This document shows positions 27,495 to 38,402 of a stretch of 39,427 bases of DNA, one piece after another. The notes beneath the pieces were generated by a model. It was not told the DNA's origin, did no database searches, and saw only the letters and a list, made by a program, of their open reading frames with translations. Position 1 is the stretch's first letter; each line of letters starts with the position of its first letter. Both the position numbers and the translations under genes were made by a program. This stretch comes from Escherichia phage 04922B. The DNA is taken from the sequence record OP331230.1; one strand, given 5' to 3'.

Positions 27495-27950
27495 GTGGCT
27501 GGTGCATACGCTGCGCGTGGTATCAGAAAGGTCGGGACATTCCGTTCCGGCCTAGAAGATAAGGTCTCTAAGCAGCTAGAGGGTAAGGGCATTAAGTTCG
27601 ATTATGAACTGTGGAAAATCCCTTACGTTGTCCCTGCGAGCAACCATGTGTATACTCCAGACTTCCTGCTGCCTAACGGAATCTTTATTGAAACCAAAGG
27701 TTTATGGGAGAGTGACGACCGAAAGAAACACTTATTGATTCGCGAACAGTTTCCTGAACTTGACATCCGTCTGGTGTTCTCAAGCTCACGCACCAAGCTG
27801 TACAAAGGGTCTCCGACCAGTTACGGTGAGTGGTGCGAGAATCACGGCATTCTGTTTGCTGACAAATTAATTCCGGTAGAATGGCTCAAAGAACCTAAAA
27901 AGGAGGTGCCATTTGACAAGTTAAAGCAATCTAAGGGAGGAAAGAAATAA
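27495..27950 (+). CDS. 3: Endonuclease I, Holliday-junction resolvase (gp3)
   Basis: 151-aa ORF ...GIRKVGTFRSGLEDKVSKQLEGKGIKF...TPDFLLPNGIFIETKG..., recognised as T7 gp3; apparent GTG start immediately after the 2.5 stop. Confidence 0.93.
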   Translation: MAGAYAARGIRKVGTFRSGLEDKVSKQLEGKGIKFDYELWKIPYVVPASNHVYTPDFLLPNGIFIETKGLWESDDRKKHLLIREQFPELDIRLVFSSSRTKLYKGSPTSYGEWCENHGILFADKLIPVEWLKEPKKEVPFDKLKQSKGGKK

Positions 27951-28405
27951 TGGCTCGTGTACAGTTTAAACCACGTGAATCTACTGACGCAATCTTTGTC
28001 CACTGCTCGGCTACCAAACCAAGTCAAAATGTGGGTGTCCGCGAGATTCGCCAGTGGCATAAAGAGCAGGGTTGGCTTGATGTCGGGTATCACTTTATCA
28101 TCAAGCGAGATGGTACTGTAGAGGAAGGCCGAGATGAGATGGCTGTAGGCTCTCACGCTAAGGGCTATAACCACAACTCAATCGGTGTCTGCCTTGTTGG
28201 TGGTATTGACGATAAAGGTAAGTTCGAAGCTAACTTTACGCCAGCCCAAATGCAATCCCTCCGCTCACTGCTTGTCACACTACTGGCTAAGTATAAAGGC
28301 GCTGTTCTTCGAGCGCATCACGATGTGGCTCCGAAGGCTTGCCCTTCGTTCGACCTTAAGCGTTGGTGGGAGACGAACGAACTGGTCACTTCTGACCGTG
28401 GCTAA
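27950..28405 (+). CDS. 3.5: N-acetylmuramoyl-L-alanine amidase / T7 lysozyme, RNAP inhibitor (gp3.5)
   Basis: 151-aa ORF MARVQFKPRESTDAIFVHCSATKPSQNVGVREIRQWHKEQGWLDVGYHFII..., recognised as T7 gp3.5. Confidence 0.97.
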   Translation: MARVQFKPRESTDAIFVHCSATKPSQNVGVREIRQWHKEQGWLDVGYHFIIKRDGTVEEGRDEMAVGSHAKGYNHNSIGVCLVGGIDDKGKFEANFTPAQMQSLRSLLVTLLAKYKGAVLRAHHDVAPKACPSFDLKRWWETNELVTSDRG

Positions 28406-28406
28406 T

Positions 28407-28429
28407 TAATTGAACTCACTATAGGGAGA
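28407..28429 (+). promoter_or_regulatory. T7-RNAP promoter phi3.8
   Basis: taattgaactcactatagggaga, the phi3.8-type variant. Confidence 0.88.
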
Positions 28430-28468
28430 CCACAACGGTTTCCCTTTGTTCGCACTGGAGATCAAATA

Positions 28469-30509
<2,041 letters not shown>

Positions 30510-30527
30510 CAGGATTCTTGACGATTT

Positions 30528-30550
30528 CAATACGACTCACTAAAGGAGAC
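30528..30550 (+). promoter_or_regulatory. T7-RNAP promoter phi4.3
   Basis: caatacgactcactaaaggagac; -17 is C rather than T. Confidence 0.8.
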
Positions 30551-30555
30551 ACACC

Positions 30556-30768
30556 ATGTTCAAACTGATTAAGAAGTTAGGCCAACTACTGGTTCGTATG
30601 TACAACGTGGAAGCCAAGCGTCTGAACGATGAGGCTCGTAAAGAGGCAACACAGTCACGCGCTCTGGCGATTCGCTCCAACGAACTGGCTGACAGTGCAT
30701 CCACTAAAGTTACCGAAGCTGCCCGTGTAGCCAACCAAGCTCAACAGCTTTCCAAATTCTTTGAGTAA
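30556..30768 (+). CDS. 4.3: gp4.3
   Basis: 70-aa ORF MFKLIKKLGQLLVRMYNVEAKRLNDEARKEATQSRALAIRSNE..., recognised as T7 gp4.3. Confidence 0.92.
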   Translation: MFKLIKKLGQLLVRMYNVEAKRLNDEARKEATQSRALAIRSNELADSASTKVTEAARVANQAQQLSKFFE

Positions 30769-30787
30769 TCAAACAGGAGAAACCATT

Positions 30788-31057
30788 ATGTCTAACGTAG
30801 CTGAAACTATCCGTCTATCCGACACCGCTGACCAGTGGAACCGTCGAGTCCACATCAACGTGCGCAACGGTAAGGCGACTATGGTTTACCGCTGGAAGGA
30901 CTCTAAGTCCTCTAAGAATCACACTCAGCGTATGACGTTGACCGATGAGCAAGCACTGCGTCTGGTCAATGCGCTTACCAAAGCTGCCGTGACAGCAATC
31001 CATGAAGCTGGTCGCGTCAATGAAGCTATGGCTATCCTCGACAAGATTGATAGCTAA
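30788..31057 (+). CDS. 4.5: gp4.5
   Basis: 89 aa MSNVAETIRLSDTADQWNRRVHINVRNGKATMVYRW..., recognised as T7 gp4.5; the ORF-track start at 30761 is upstream of the true Met. Confidence 0.9.
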   Translation: MSNVAETIRLSDTADQWNRRVHINVRNGKATMVYRWKDSKSSKNHTQRMTLTDEQALRLVNALTKAAVTAIHEAGRVNEAMAILDKIDS

Positions 31058-31059
31058 AG

Positions 31060-31102
31060 AGTGGTATACTCAAGGTCGCCAAAGTGGTGGCCTTCATGAA
31101 TA
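31060..31102 (+). promoter_or_regulatory. RNase III site R4.7
   Basis: gtggtatactcaaggtcgccaaagtggtggccttcatgaatac hairpin. Confidence 0.75.
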
Positions 31103-31125
31103 CTATTCGACTCACTATAGGAGAT
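31103..31125 (+). promoter_or_regulatory. T7-RNAP promoter phi4.7
   Basis: ctattcgactcactataggagat. Confidence 0.85.
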
Positions 31126-31131
31126 ATTATC

Positions 31132-31539
31132 ATGCGTGACCCTAAAGTTATCCAAGCAGAAATCGCTAAGTTGGAAGCTGAACTGGAGGACGTTAAGTAC
31201 CATGAAGCTAAGACTCGCTCCGCTGTTCATATCTTGAAGAACTTAGGTTGGACTTGGACAAGACAGACTGGCTGGAAGAAACCAGAAGTTACCAAGCTGA
31301 GCCACAAGGTGTTCGATAAGGACACTATGACCCACATCAAGGCTGGTGATTGGGTTAAGGTTGACATGGGAGTTGTTGGTGGGTACGGCTATGTCCGCTC
31401 AGTGAGTGGCAAATACGCACAAGTGTCATACATCACTGGCGTTACTCCGCGAGGGGCAATCGTTGCCGACAAGACCAACATGATTCACACAGGCTTCTTG
31501 ACGGTTGTATCGTATGAAGAGATTGTTAAGTCACGATAA
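31132..31539 (+). CDS. 4.7: gp4.7
   Basis: 135 aa MRDPKVIQAEIAKLEAELEDVKYHEAKTRSAVHILKNLGW..., recognised as T7 gp4.7. Confidence 0.92.
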   Translation: MRDPKVIQAEIAKLEAELEDVKYHEAKTRSAVHILKNLGWTWTRQTGWKKPEVTKLSHKVFDKDTMTHIKAGDWVKVDMGVVGGYGYVRSVSGKYAQVSYITGVTPRGAIVADKTNMIHTGFLTVVSYEEIVKSR

Positions 31540-31557
31540 TCAATAGGAGAAATCAAT

Positions 31558-33672
31558 ATGATCGTTTCTGACATCGAAGCTAACGCCCTCTTAGAGAGCG
31601 TCACTAAGTTCCACTGCGGGGTTATCTACGACTACTCCACCGCTGAGTACGTAAGCTACCGTCCGAGTGACTTCGGTGCGTATCTGGATGCGCTGGAAGC
31701 CGAGGTTGCACGAGGCGGTCTTATTGTGTTCCACAACGGTCACAAGTATGACGTTCCCGCATTGACCAAACTGGCAAAGCTACAATTGAACCGAGAGTTC
31801 CACCTTCCTCGTGAGAACTGTATCGACACCCTTGTGCTGTCACGCTTGATTCACTCTAACCTAAAGGACACCGATATGGGTCTTCTGCGTTCCGGTAAAC
31901 TGCCGGGGAAACGATTTGGGTCTCACGCTTTGGAGGCGTGGGGCTATCGCTTAGGTGAAATGAAGGGTGAATACAAAGATGACTTTAAGCGTATGCTTGA
32001 AGAGCAGGGTGAAGAATACATCGACGGAATGGAATGGTGGAACTTCAACGAAGAGATGATGGACTATAACGTTCAGGACGTTGTGGTCACTAAGGCTCTC
32101 CTTGAGAAGCTACTCTCTGACAAACATTACTTCCCTCCTGAGATTGACTTTACGGACGTAGGTTACACTACGTTCTGGTCAGAATCCCTTGAGGCCGTTG
32201 ATGTTGAACATCGCGCTGCATGGCTACTCGCTAAGCAAGAGCGCAATGGATTCCCGTTTGACACAAAAGCAATCGAAGAGTTGTACGTAGAGTTAGCTGC
32301 TAGACGCTCTGAGTTGCTACGTAAATTGACCGAAACGTTTGGCTCGTGGTATCAACCTAAAGGTGGCACCGAAATGTTCTGCCATCCACGAACAGGTAAG
32401 CCGCTGCCTAAATACCCTCGCATTAAGACACCTAAAGTTGGTGGTATCTTTAAGAAGCCTAAGAACAAGGCACAGCGAGAAGGCCGTGAGCCTTGCGAAC
32501 TGGATACACGCGAGTACGTTGCTGGTGCTCCGTATACTCCAGTAGAGCACGTAGTGTTTAACCCTTCGTCTCGTGACCACATCCAGAAGAAACTCCAAGA
32601 GGCTGGATGGGTCCCCACGAAGTACACCGATAAGGGTGCGCCTGTGGTGGACGATGAGGTACTCGAAGGAGTACGTGTAGATGACCCTGAGAAGCAAGCT
32701 GCCATTGACCTCATTAAAGAGTATCTGATGATTCAGAAGAGAATCGGTCAGTCTGCTGAGGGAGATAAAGCATGGCTTCGTTATGTTGCTGAGGATGGTA
32801 AAATTCATGGTTCTGTTAACCCCAATGGTGCTGTTACTGGGCGCGCTACTCACGCTTTCCCTAACCTCGCACAGATACCTGGTGTCCGTTCTCCTTATGG
32901 TGAGCAGTGCCGCGCTGCTTTTGGCGCTGAACATCACTTAGATGGAGTTACCGGTAAGCCTTGGGTTCAGGCTGGCATAGACGCATCCGGTCTGGAGTTG
33001 CGCTGCTTGGCCCACTTCATGGCTCGCTTTGACAACGGTGAGTACGCTCACGAGATTCTCAATGGTGACATCCACACTAAGAACCAGATTGCTGCTGAGT
33101 TGCCTACCCGTGATAACGCTAAGACGTTTATCTATGGGTTCCTCTATGGTGCTGGTGATGAGAAGATTGGACAGATTGTCGGTGCTGGTAAAGAGCGCGG
33201 TAAGGAACTCAAGAAGAAATTCCTTGAGAACACCCCAGCGATTGCTGCACTCCGAGAGTCTATCCAACAGACACTAGTTGAGTCCTCTCAGTGGGTAGCT
33301 GGTGAGCAGCAAGTCAAGTGGAAACGCCGCTGGATTAAAGGTCTAGATGGTCGTAAGGTACACGTTCGTAGTCCTCACGCTGCCTTGAATACCCTACTAC
33401 AATCCGCTGGTGCTCTCATCTGCAAACTGTGGATTATCAAGACCGAAGAGATGCTCGTAGAGAAAGGCTTGAAGCATGGATGGGATGGGGACTTTGCGTA
33501 CATGGCATGGGTACATGACGAAATCCAAGTAGGTTGTCGTACCGAAGAGATTGCTCAGGTGGTCATTGAGACCGCACAGGAAGCGATGCGCTGGGTAGGG
33601 GACCACTGGAACTTCCGGTGCCTTCTTGATACCGAAGGTAAGATGGGTCCTAATTGGGCCGTATGTCACTAA
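31558..33672 (+). CDS. 5: DNA polymerase, family A (gp5)
   Basis: 704-aa ORF with 3'-5' exonuclease motif and polymerase motifs [26 protein letters not shown] and VHDEIQ; near-identical to T7 gp5. Confidence 0.98.
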   Translation: MIVSDIEANALLESVTKFHCGVIYDYSTAEYVSYRPSDFGAYLDALEAEVARGGLIVFHNGHKYDVPALTKLAKLQLNREFHLPRENCIDTLVLSRLIHSNLKDTDMGLLRSGKLPGKRFGSHALEAWGYRLGEMKGEYKDDFKRMLEEQGEEYIDGMEWWNFNEEMMDYNVQDVVVTKALLEKLLSDKHYFPPEIDFTDVGYTTFWSESLEAVDVEHRAAWLLAKQERNGFPFDTKAIEELYVELAARRSELLRKLTETFGSWYQPKGGTEMFCHPRTGKPLPKYPRIKTPKVGGIFKKPKNKAQREGREPCELDTREYVAGAPYTPVEHVVFNPSSRDHIQKKLQEAGWVPTKYTDKGAPVVDDEVLEGVRVDDPEKQAAIDLIKEYLMIQKRIGQSAEGDKAWLRYVAEDGKIHGSVNPNGAVTGRATHAFPNLAQIPGVRSPYGEQCRAAFGAEHHLDGVTGKPWVQAGIDASGLELRCLAHFMARFDNGEYAHEILNGDIHTKNQIAAELPTRDNAKTFIYGFLYGAGDEKIGQIVGAGKERGKELKKKFLENTPAIAALRESIQQTLVESSQWVAGEQQVKWKRRWIKGLDGRKVHVRSPHAALNTLLQSAGALICKLWIIKTEEMLVEKGLKHGWDGDFAYMAWVHDEIQVGCRTEEIAQVVIETAQEAMRWVGDHWNFRCLLDTEGKMGPNWAVCH

Positions 33673-33691
33673 TTCTATAGGAGAAATTATT

Positions 33692-33991
33692 ATGGCTATG
33701 ACCAAGAAATTTAAAGTGTCCTTCGACGTTACCGCTAAGATGTCATCTGACGTTCAGGCAATCTTAGAGAAAGATATGCTGCACCTGTGTAAGCAGGTTG
33801 GCTCAGGTGCTATCGTGCCAAATGGTAAGCAGAAAGAGATGATTGTCCAGTTCCTGACGCATGGTATGGAAGGACTGATGACCTTCGTTGTTCGAACAGC
33901 TTTCCGTGAGGCTATCAAAGATATGCACGAAGAGTATTCCGATAAGGACTCCTTCAAGCTATCTCCTGCTACTGTACGGGAGGTGTTCTAA
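33692..33991 (+). CDS. 5.5: gp5.5, H-NS-binding protein
   Basis: 99 aa MAMTKKFKVSFDVTAKMSSDVQAILEKDMLHLCKQVGSG..., recognised as T7 gp5.5. Confidence 0.93.
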   Translation: MAMTKKFKVSFDVTAKMSSDVQAILEKDMLHLCKQVGSGAIVPNGKQKEMIVQFLTHGMEGLMTFVVRTAFREAIKDMHEEYSDKDSFKLSPATVREVF

Positions 33992-34200
33992 TGTCCGACT
34001 ACCTGAAAGTGCTGCAAGCAATCAAGAGTTGCCCTAAGACTTTCCAGTCAAACTATGTGCGTAACAATGCGAGCCTCGTAGCGGAGGCCGCTTCCCGTGG
34101 TCACATCTCATGTCTGACTACAAGCGGACGCAATGGTGGTGCTTGGGAAATCACTGCTTCTGGTACTCGCTTTCTGAAACGAATGGGAGGGTGTGTCTGA
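33991..34200 (+). CDS. 5.7: gp5.7
   Basis: 69-aa ORF MSDYLKVLQAIKSCPKTFQSNYVRNNASLVAEAASRGHISCL..., recognised as T7 gp5.7. Confidence 0.93.
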   Translation: MSDYLKVLQAIKSCPKTFQSNYVRNNASLVAEAASRGHISCLTTSGRNGGAWEITASGTRFLKRMGGCV

Positions 34201-34358
34201 TGGTACGTGACACTGTAACAATTCCTCGTGATGCGTGGAACGATATGCAGGGTTATATTGATTCTCTGGAACGTGAGAACGATAGCCTTAAGAACCAACT
34301 TATGGAAGCTGACGAATACGTGGCTGAGCTAGAGGAGAAACTTAATGGCGCTGCTTGA
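34200..34358 (+). CDS. 5.9: gp5.9, RecBCD inhibitor
   Basis: 52 aa MVRDTVTIPRDAWNDMQGYIDSLERENDSLKNQLMEADEYVAELEEKLNGAA, recognised as T7 gp5.9; TGATG overlap with 5.7. Confidence 0.9.
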   Translation: MVRDTVTIPRDAWNDMQGYIDSLERENDSLKNQLMEADEYVAELEEKLNGAA

Positions 34359-35247
34359 CCTTAAACAATTCTACGAGTTACGTGAAGGCTGTGACGACAA
34401 GGGTATCCTCGTTATGGACGGCGACTGGCTGGTCTTCCAAGCTATGAGTGCTGCTGAGTTCGATGCCTCTTGGGAGGAAGAGATTTGGCACCGCTGCTGT
34501 GACCACGCTAAGGCGCGTCAGATTCTTGAGGATTCCATTAAGTCCTATGAGACCCGTAAGAAGGCTTGGGTAGGTGCTCCGATTGTCCTTGCGTTCACAG
34601 ATAGTGTGAACTGGCGTAAAGAACTGGTGGACCCGAACTACAAGGCTAACCGTAAGGCCACGAAGAAACCTGTAGGTTACTTTGAGTTCCTTGATGCTCT
34701 ATTTGAGCGCGAAGAGTTCTACTGCATTCGCGAGCCTATGCTTGAGGGAGATGACGTTATGGGAGTCATTGCTTCCAATCCGTCTGCATTCGGTGCGCGT
34801 AAGGCTGTAATCATCTCGTGCGATAAGGACTTTAAGACCATCCCTAACTGTGACTTCTTGTGGTGTACCACTGGTAACATCCTGACTCAGACCGAAGAGT
34901 CCGCTGACTGGTGGCACCTCTTCCAGACAATCAAGGGTGACATTACCGATGGTTACTCAGGGATTGCCGGATGGGGCGATACTGCCGAGGACTTCCTGAA
35001 TAACCCGTTCATTACCGAGCCTAAAACGTCTGTGCTCAAGTCTGGTAAGAACAAAGGCCAAGAGGTTACTAAGTGGGTTAAGCGTGACCCTGAGCCACAT
35101 GAGACGCTTTGGGACTGTATTAAGTCCATTGGTGCTAAGGCTGGCATGACCGAAGAGGATGTTATTAAGCAGGGTCAAATGGCTCGCATCCTACGGTTCA
35201 ACGAGTACAACTTTATTGACAAGGAGATTTACCTGTGGAGACCGTAG
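34345..35247 (+). CDS. 6: 5'-3' exonuclease (gp6)
   Basis: 300-aa ORF MALLDLKQFYELREGCDDKGILVMDGDWLVFQAM..., recognised as T7 gp6. Confidence 0.96.
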   Translation: MALLDLKQFYELREGCDDKGILVMDGDWLVFQAMSAAEFDASWEEEIWHRCCDHAKARQILEDSIKSYETRKKAWVGAPIVLAFTDSVNWRKELVDPNYKANRKATKKPVGYFEFLDALFEREEFYCIREPMLEGDDVMGVIASNPSAFGARKAVIISCDKDFKTIPNCDFLWCTTGNILTQTEESADWWHLFQTIKGDITDGYSGIAGWGDTAEDFLNNPFITEPKTSVLKSGKNKGQEVTKWVKRDPEPHETLWDCIKSIGAKAGMTEEDVIKQGQMARILRFNEYNFIDKEIYLWRP

Positions 35248-35348
35248 CGTATATTGGCATTGGTCTTTGTGTCCTCGGAATGGGCCTCATTGCGTGGGGC
35301 CTTTGGGACTTAGCCCGAATAATCAAGTCCTTACACGACACTAAGTGA
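35235..35348 (+). CDS. 6.3: gp6.3, small membrane protein
   Basis: 37 codons from a GTG start (gtg gag acc gta gcg tat att ggc...), giving ...AYIGIGLCVLGMGLIAWGLWDLARIIKSLHDTK, recognised as T7 gp6.3. Confidence 0.75.
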   Translation: METVAYIGIGLCVLGMGLIAWGLWDLARIIKSLHDTK

Positions 35349-35413
35349 TAAACTCAAGGTCCCTAAATTAATACGACTCACTATAGGGAGATAGGGGCCT
35401 TTATGATTATTAC
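35347..35413 (+). promoter_or_regulatory. RNase III site R6.5, enclosing phi6.5
   Basis: gataaactcaaggtccc...ggggcctttatgattattac hairpin arms flank the promoter. Confidence 0.75.
35369..35391 (+). promoter_or_regulatory. T7-RNAP promoter phi6.5
   Basis: taatacgactcactatagggaga. Confidence 0.93.
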
Positions 35414-35445
35414 TTTAAGATTTAACTCTAAGAGGAATCTTTATC

Positions 35446-35700
35446 ATGTTAACACCTATTAGCCAATTACTTAAGAACCCTAACGATATTCCAGACGTGC
35501 CTCGTGCAACCGCTGAGTATCTACAGGTTCGATTCAACCACGCGTACCTCGAAGCGTCTGGTCATATAGGATTTATGCGTGCTAGTGGTTGTAGTGAAGC
35601 CCACATCTTGGGTTTCATTCAGGGCCTACAGTATGCCTCTAACATCATTGACGAGATTGAGATGCGCAAGGAACAACTAAGAGAAGATGGGGAGGATTGA
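35446..35700 (+). CDS. 6.5: gp6.5
   Basis: 84-aa [43 protein letters not shown]..., recognised as T7 gp6.5. Confidence 0.92.
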   Translation: MLTPISQLLKNPNDIPDVPRATAEYLQVRFNHAYLEASGHIGFMRASGCSEAHILGFIQGLQYASNIIDEIEMRKEQLREDGED

Positions 35701-35704
35701 CCTT

Positions 35705-35971
35705 ATGTGTTTCTCACCGAAAGTTAAAGTTCCGAAGATGGATACCAATCAGATTCGAGCCGTAGAGCCAGCGCCTCTGACCCAAGAAGTGTCAAGCGTG
35801 GAGTTCGGTGGTTCTTCTGATGATACGGATACCGAAGGCACCGAAGTGTCTGGACGCAAAGACCTCAAGGTCGAACGCGATGATTCCGTAGCGAAGTCTA
35901 AAGCCAGTGGTACTGGTTCCGCTCGCATGAAATCTTCAATCCGTAAGTCCGCATTCGGAGGTAAGAAGTAA
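35705..35971 (+). CDS. 6.7: gp6.7, virion protein
   Basis: 88 aa MCFSPKVKVPKMDTNQIRAVEPAPLTQEVSSVEFGG..., recognised as T7 gp6.7. Confidence 0.92.
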   Translation: MCFSPKVKVPKMDTNQIRAVEPAPLTQEVSSVEFGGSSDDTDTEGTEVSGRKDLKVERDDSVAKSKASGTGSARMKSSIRKSAFGGKK

Positions 35972-36372
35972 TGTCTGAGTTCACATGTGTGGAAGCCAAA
36001 AGTCGCTTCCGTGCAATCCGGTGGACTGTAGAGCACCTTGGGTTGCCTAAGGGATTCGAAGGACACTTTGTTGGTTACAGCCTCTACGTTGACGAAGTTA
36101 TGGACATGTCTGGCTGCCGTGAAGAGTACATTCTGGACTCTACCGGAAAACATGTAGCGTACTTCGCGTGGTGCGTAAGCTGTGACATTCACCACAAAGG
36201 TGACATTCTGGATGTAACGTCCGTTGTCATTAATCCTGAGGCAGACTCTAAAGGCTTACAGCGATTCCTCGCGAAACGCTTTAAGTACCTTGCAGAACTC
36301 CACGATTGTGATTGGGTGTCCCGCTGCAAACACGAAGGCGAGACAATGCGTGTATACTTTAAGGAGGTATAA
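35971..36372 (+). CDS. 7: gp7, host-range/virion protein
   Basis: 133-aa ORF MSEFTCVEAKSRFRAIRWTVEHLGLPKGFEGHFVGYSLY..., recognised as T7 gp7. Confidence 0.93.
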   Translation: MSEFTCVEAKSRFRAIRWTVEHLGLPKGFEGHFVGYSLYVDEVMDMSGCREEYILDSTGKHVAYFAWCVSCDIHHKGDILDVTSVVINPEADSKGLQRFLAKRFKYLAELHDCDWVSRCKHEGETMRVYFKEV

Positions 36373-36375
36373 GTT

Positions 36376-36678
36376 ATGGGTAAGAAAATTAAGAAGGCCG
36401 TGAAGAAAGTCACTAAGTCCGTTAAGAAAGTCGTTAAGGAAGTGGCCCGTCCGGTTAAACAGGTTGCCAGTGGTCTGGCTGGTGGTGCAGGTGAAGCACA
36501 AGTAGTGGAAGTACCACAGGCTGCCGCAACCCCTGCTGCACAGATTGTTGACGTACCTGAGAAAGAGGTTTCCACTGAGGACGAAGCACAGACCGAAAGC
36601 GGACGTAAGAAAGCTCGCGCTGGTGGTAAGAAGTCCTTGAGTGTTGCCCGTAGCTCCGGTGGCGGCATCAACATTTAA
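36376..36678 (+). CDS. 7.3: gp7.3, tail protein
   Basis: 100-aa ORF MGKKIKKAVKKVTKSVKKVVKEVARPVKQVASG..., recognised as T7 gp7.3. Confidence 0.92.
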   Translation: MGKKIKKAVKKVTKSVKKVVKEVARPVKQVASGLAGGAGEAQVVEVPQAAATPAAQIVDVPEKEVSTEDEAQTESGRKKARAGGKKSLSVARSSGGGINI

Positions 36679-36692
36679 TCAGGAGGTGACAC

Positions 36693-38303
36693 ATGGCTGA
36701 GAAGCGTACAGGTCTAGCCGAGGAAGGTGCAAAGTCGGTCTATGAGCGATTAAAGAACGACCGCGCTCCTTATGAGACTCGCGCTCAAAACTGCGCTCAG
36801 TACACCATTCCGTCCCTCTTCCCTAAGGATTCCGATAACTCATCCACAGACTACACAACTCCGTGGCAAGCTGTGGGTGCTCGCGGTCTCAATAACTTGG
36901 CCTCTAAGCTCATGCTAGCTCTCTTCCCGATGCAAACGTGGATGAAACTAACCATCTCTGAGTTCGAGGCTAAACAGTTACTGAACGACCCCGATGGACT
37001 CGCTAAGGTCGATGAGGGTCTCTCAATGGTAGAGCGCATCATCATGAACTACATTGAGTCTAACAGTTACCGAGTGACTCTCTTTGAGGCTCTCAAGCAG
37101 TTAGTCGTTGCTGGTAACGTCCTGCTGTACCTACCGGAACCAGAGGGGTCGAACTACAATCCCATGAAGCTGTATCGTTTGTCTTCTTATGTGGTCCAAC
37201 GAGACGCATTCGGCAACGTTCTACAAATGGTGACTCGCGACCAGATAGCCTTCGGAGCACTCCCTGAGGATGTCCGTAAGGCTGTAGAAGGTCAAGGTGG
37301 TGAGAAGAAACCTGATGAGACCATTGATGTGTACACTCACATCTATCTGGATGAAGACTCAGGAGAGTATCTCCGCTACGAAGAGGTTGAAGGTATGGAA
37401 ATCCAAGGCTCCGATGGGTCTTACCCTAAAGAGGCTTGTCCGTATATCCCGATTCGAATGGTTCGACTAGACGGTGAATCCTATGGTCGTTCGTACATTG
37501 AGGAATACTTAGGTGACTTACGGTCCCTTGAGAATCTCCAAGAGGCCATCGTTAAGATGTCAATGATTAGCTCTAAGGTTATCGGCTTAGTGAATCCTGC
37601 TGGTATCACCCAGCCACGCCGACTGACCAAAGCTCAGACTGGTGACTTCGTTACTGGTCGCCCAGAAGACATCTCGTTCCTCCAACTGGAGAAGCAAGCA
37701 GACTTTACTGTAGCTAAAGCCGTAAGTGACGCTATTGAGGCTCGCCTTTCGTTTGCCTTTATGTTGAACTCTGCGGTTCAGCGCACAGGTGAACGAGTGA
37801 CCGCCGAAGAGATTCGGTATGTCGCTTCTGAACTTGAAGATACTTTGGGTGGTGTCTACTCCATCCTTTCTCAAGAATTACAATTGCCTCTGGTACGAGT
37901 GCTCTTGAAGCAACTACAAGCCACGCAACAGATTCCTGAGTTACCTAAGGAAGCCGTAGAGCCAACCATTAGTACAGGTCTGGAAGCAATCGGTCGTGGT
38001 CAAGACCTTGATAAGCTGGAGCGGTGTGTCACTGCTTGGGCTGCTCTAGCACCGATGCGTGATGACCCTGACATCAACCTTGCGATGATTAAGTTGCGCA
38101 TTGCGAACGCTATTGGTATTGACACTTCTGGTATTCTACTCACCGAAGAACAGAAGCAACAGAAGATGGCACAACAGTCTATGCAAATGGGTATGGATAA
38201 TGGTGCTGCTGCTCTGGCTCAAGGTATGGCTGCACAAGCTACAGCTTCACCTGAGGCTATGGCTGCTGCCGCTGATTCCGTAGGTTTACAGCCGGGAATT
38301 TAA
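36693..38303 (+). CDS. 8: Head-tail connector / portal protein (gp8)
   Basis: 536-aa ORF MAEKRTGLAEEGAKSVYERLKNDRAPYETRAQNCAQYTIP..., same length as T7 gp8 and near-identical. Confidence 0.97.
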   Translation: MAEKRTGLAEEGAKSVYERLKNDRAPYETRAQNCAQYTIPSLFPKDSDNSSTDYTTPWQAVGARGLNNLASKLMLALFPMQTWMKLTISEFEAKQLLNDPDGLAKVDEGLSMVERIIMNYIESNSYRVTLFEALKQLVVAGNVLLYLPEPEGSNYNPMKLYRLSSYVVQRDAFGNVLQMVTRDQIAFGALPEDVRKAVEGQGGEKKPDETIDVYTHIYLDEDSGEYLRYEEVEGMEIQGSDGSYPKEACPYIPIRMVRLDGESYGRSYIEEYLGDLRSLENLQEAIVKMSMISSKVIGLVNPAGITQPRRLTKAQTGDFVTGRPEDISFLQLEKQADFTVAKAVSDAIEARLSFAFMLNSAVQRTGERVTAEEIRYVASELEDTLGGVYSILSQELQLPLVRVLLKQLQATQQIPELPKEAVEPTISTGLEAIGRGQDLDKLERCVTAWAALAPMRDDPDINLAMIKLRIANAIGIDTSGILLTEEQKQQKMAQQSMQMGMDNGAAALAQGMAAQATASPEAMAAAADSVGLQPGI

Positions 38304-38323
38304 TACGACTCACTATAGGGAGA
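38301..38323 (+). promoter_or_regulatory. T7-RNAP promoter phi9
   Basis: taatacgactcactatagggaga overlapping the gene 8 stop. Confidence 0.93.
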
Positions 38324-38402
38324 CCTCATCTTTGAAATGAGCGATGACAAGAGGTTGGAGTCCTCGGTCTTCCTGTAGTTCAACTTTAAGGAGACAAGAA
38401 TA

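Noticed and set aside
32317-32937. 206-aa and 120-aa minus-strand ORFs inside the DNA polymerase gene
   Set aside because: Antisense to gene 5; consistent with chance ORFs in a long coding region.
36189-36674. 161-aa minus-strand ORF across genes 7 and 7.3
   Set aside because: Antisense to recognised virion genes.
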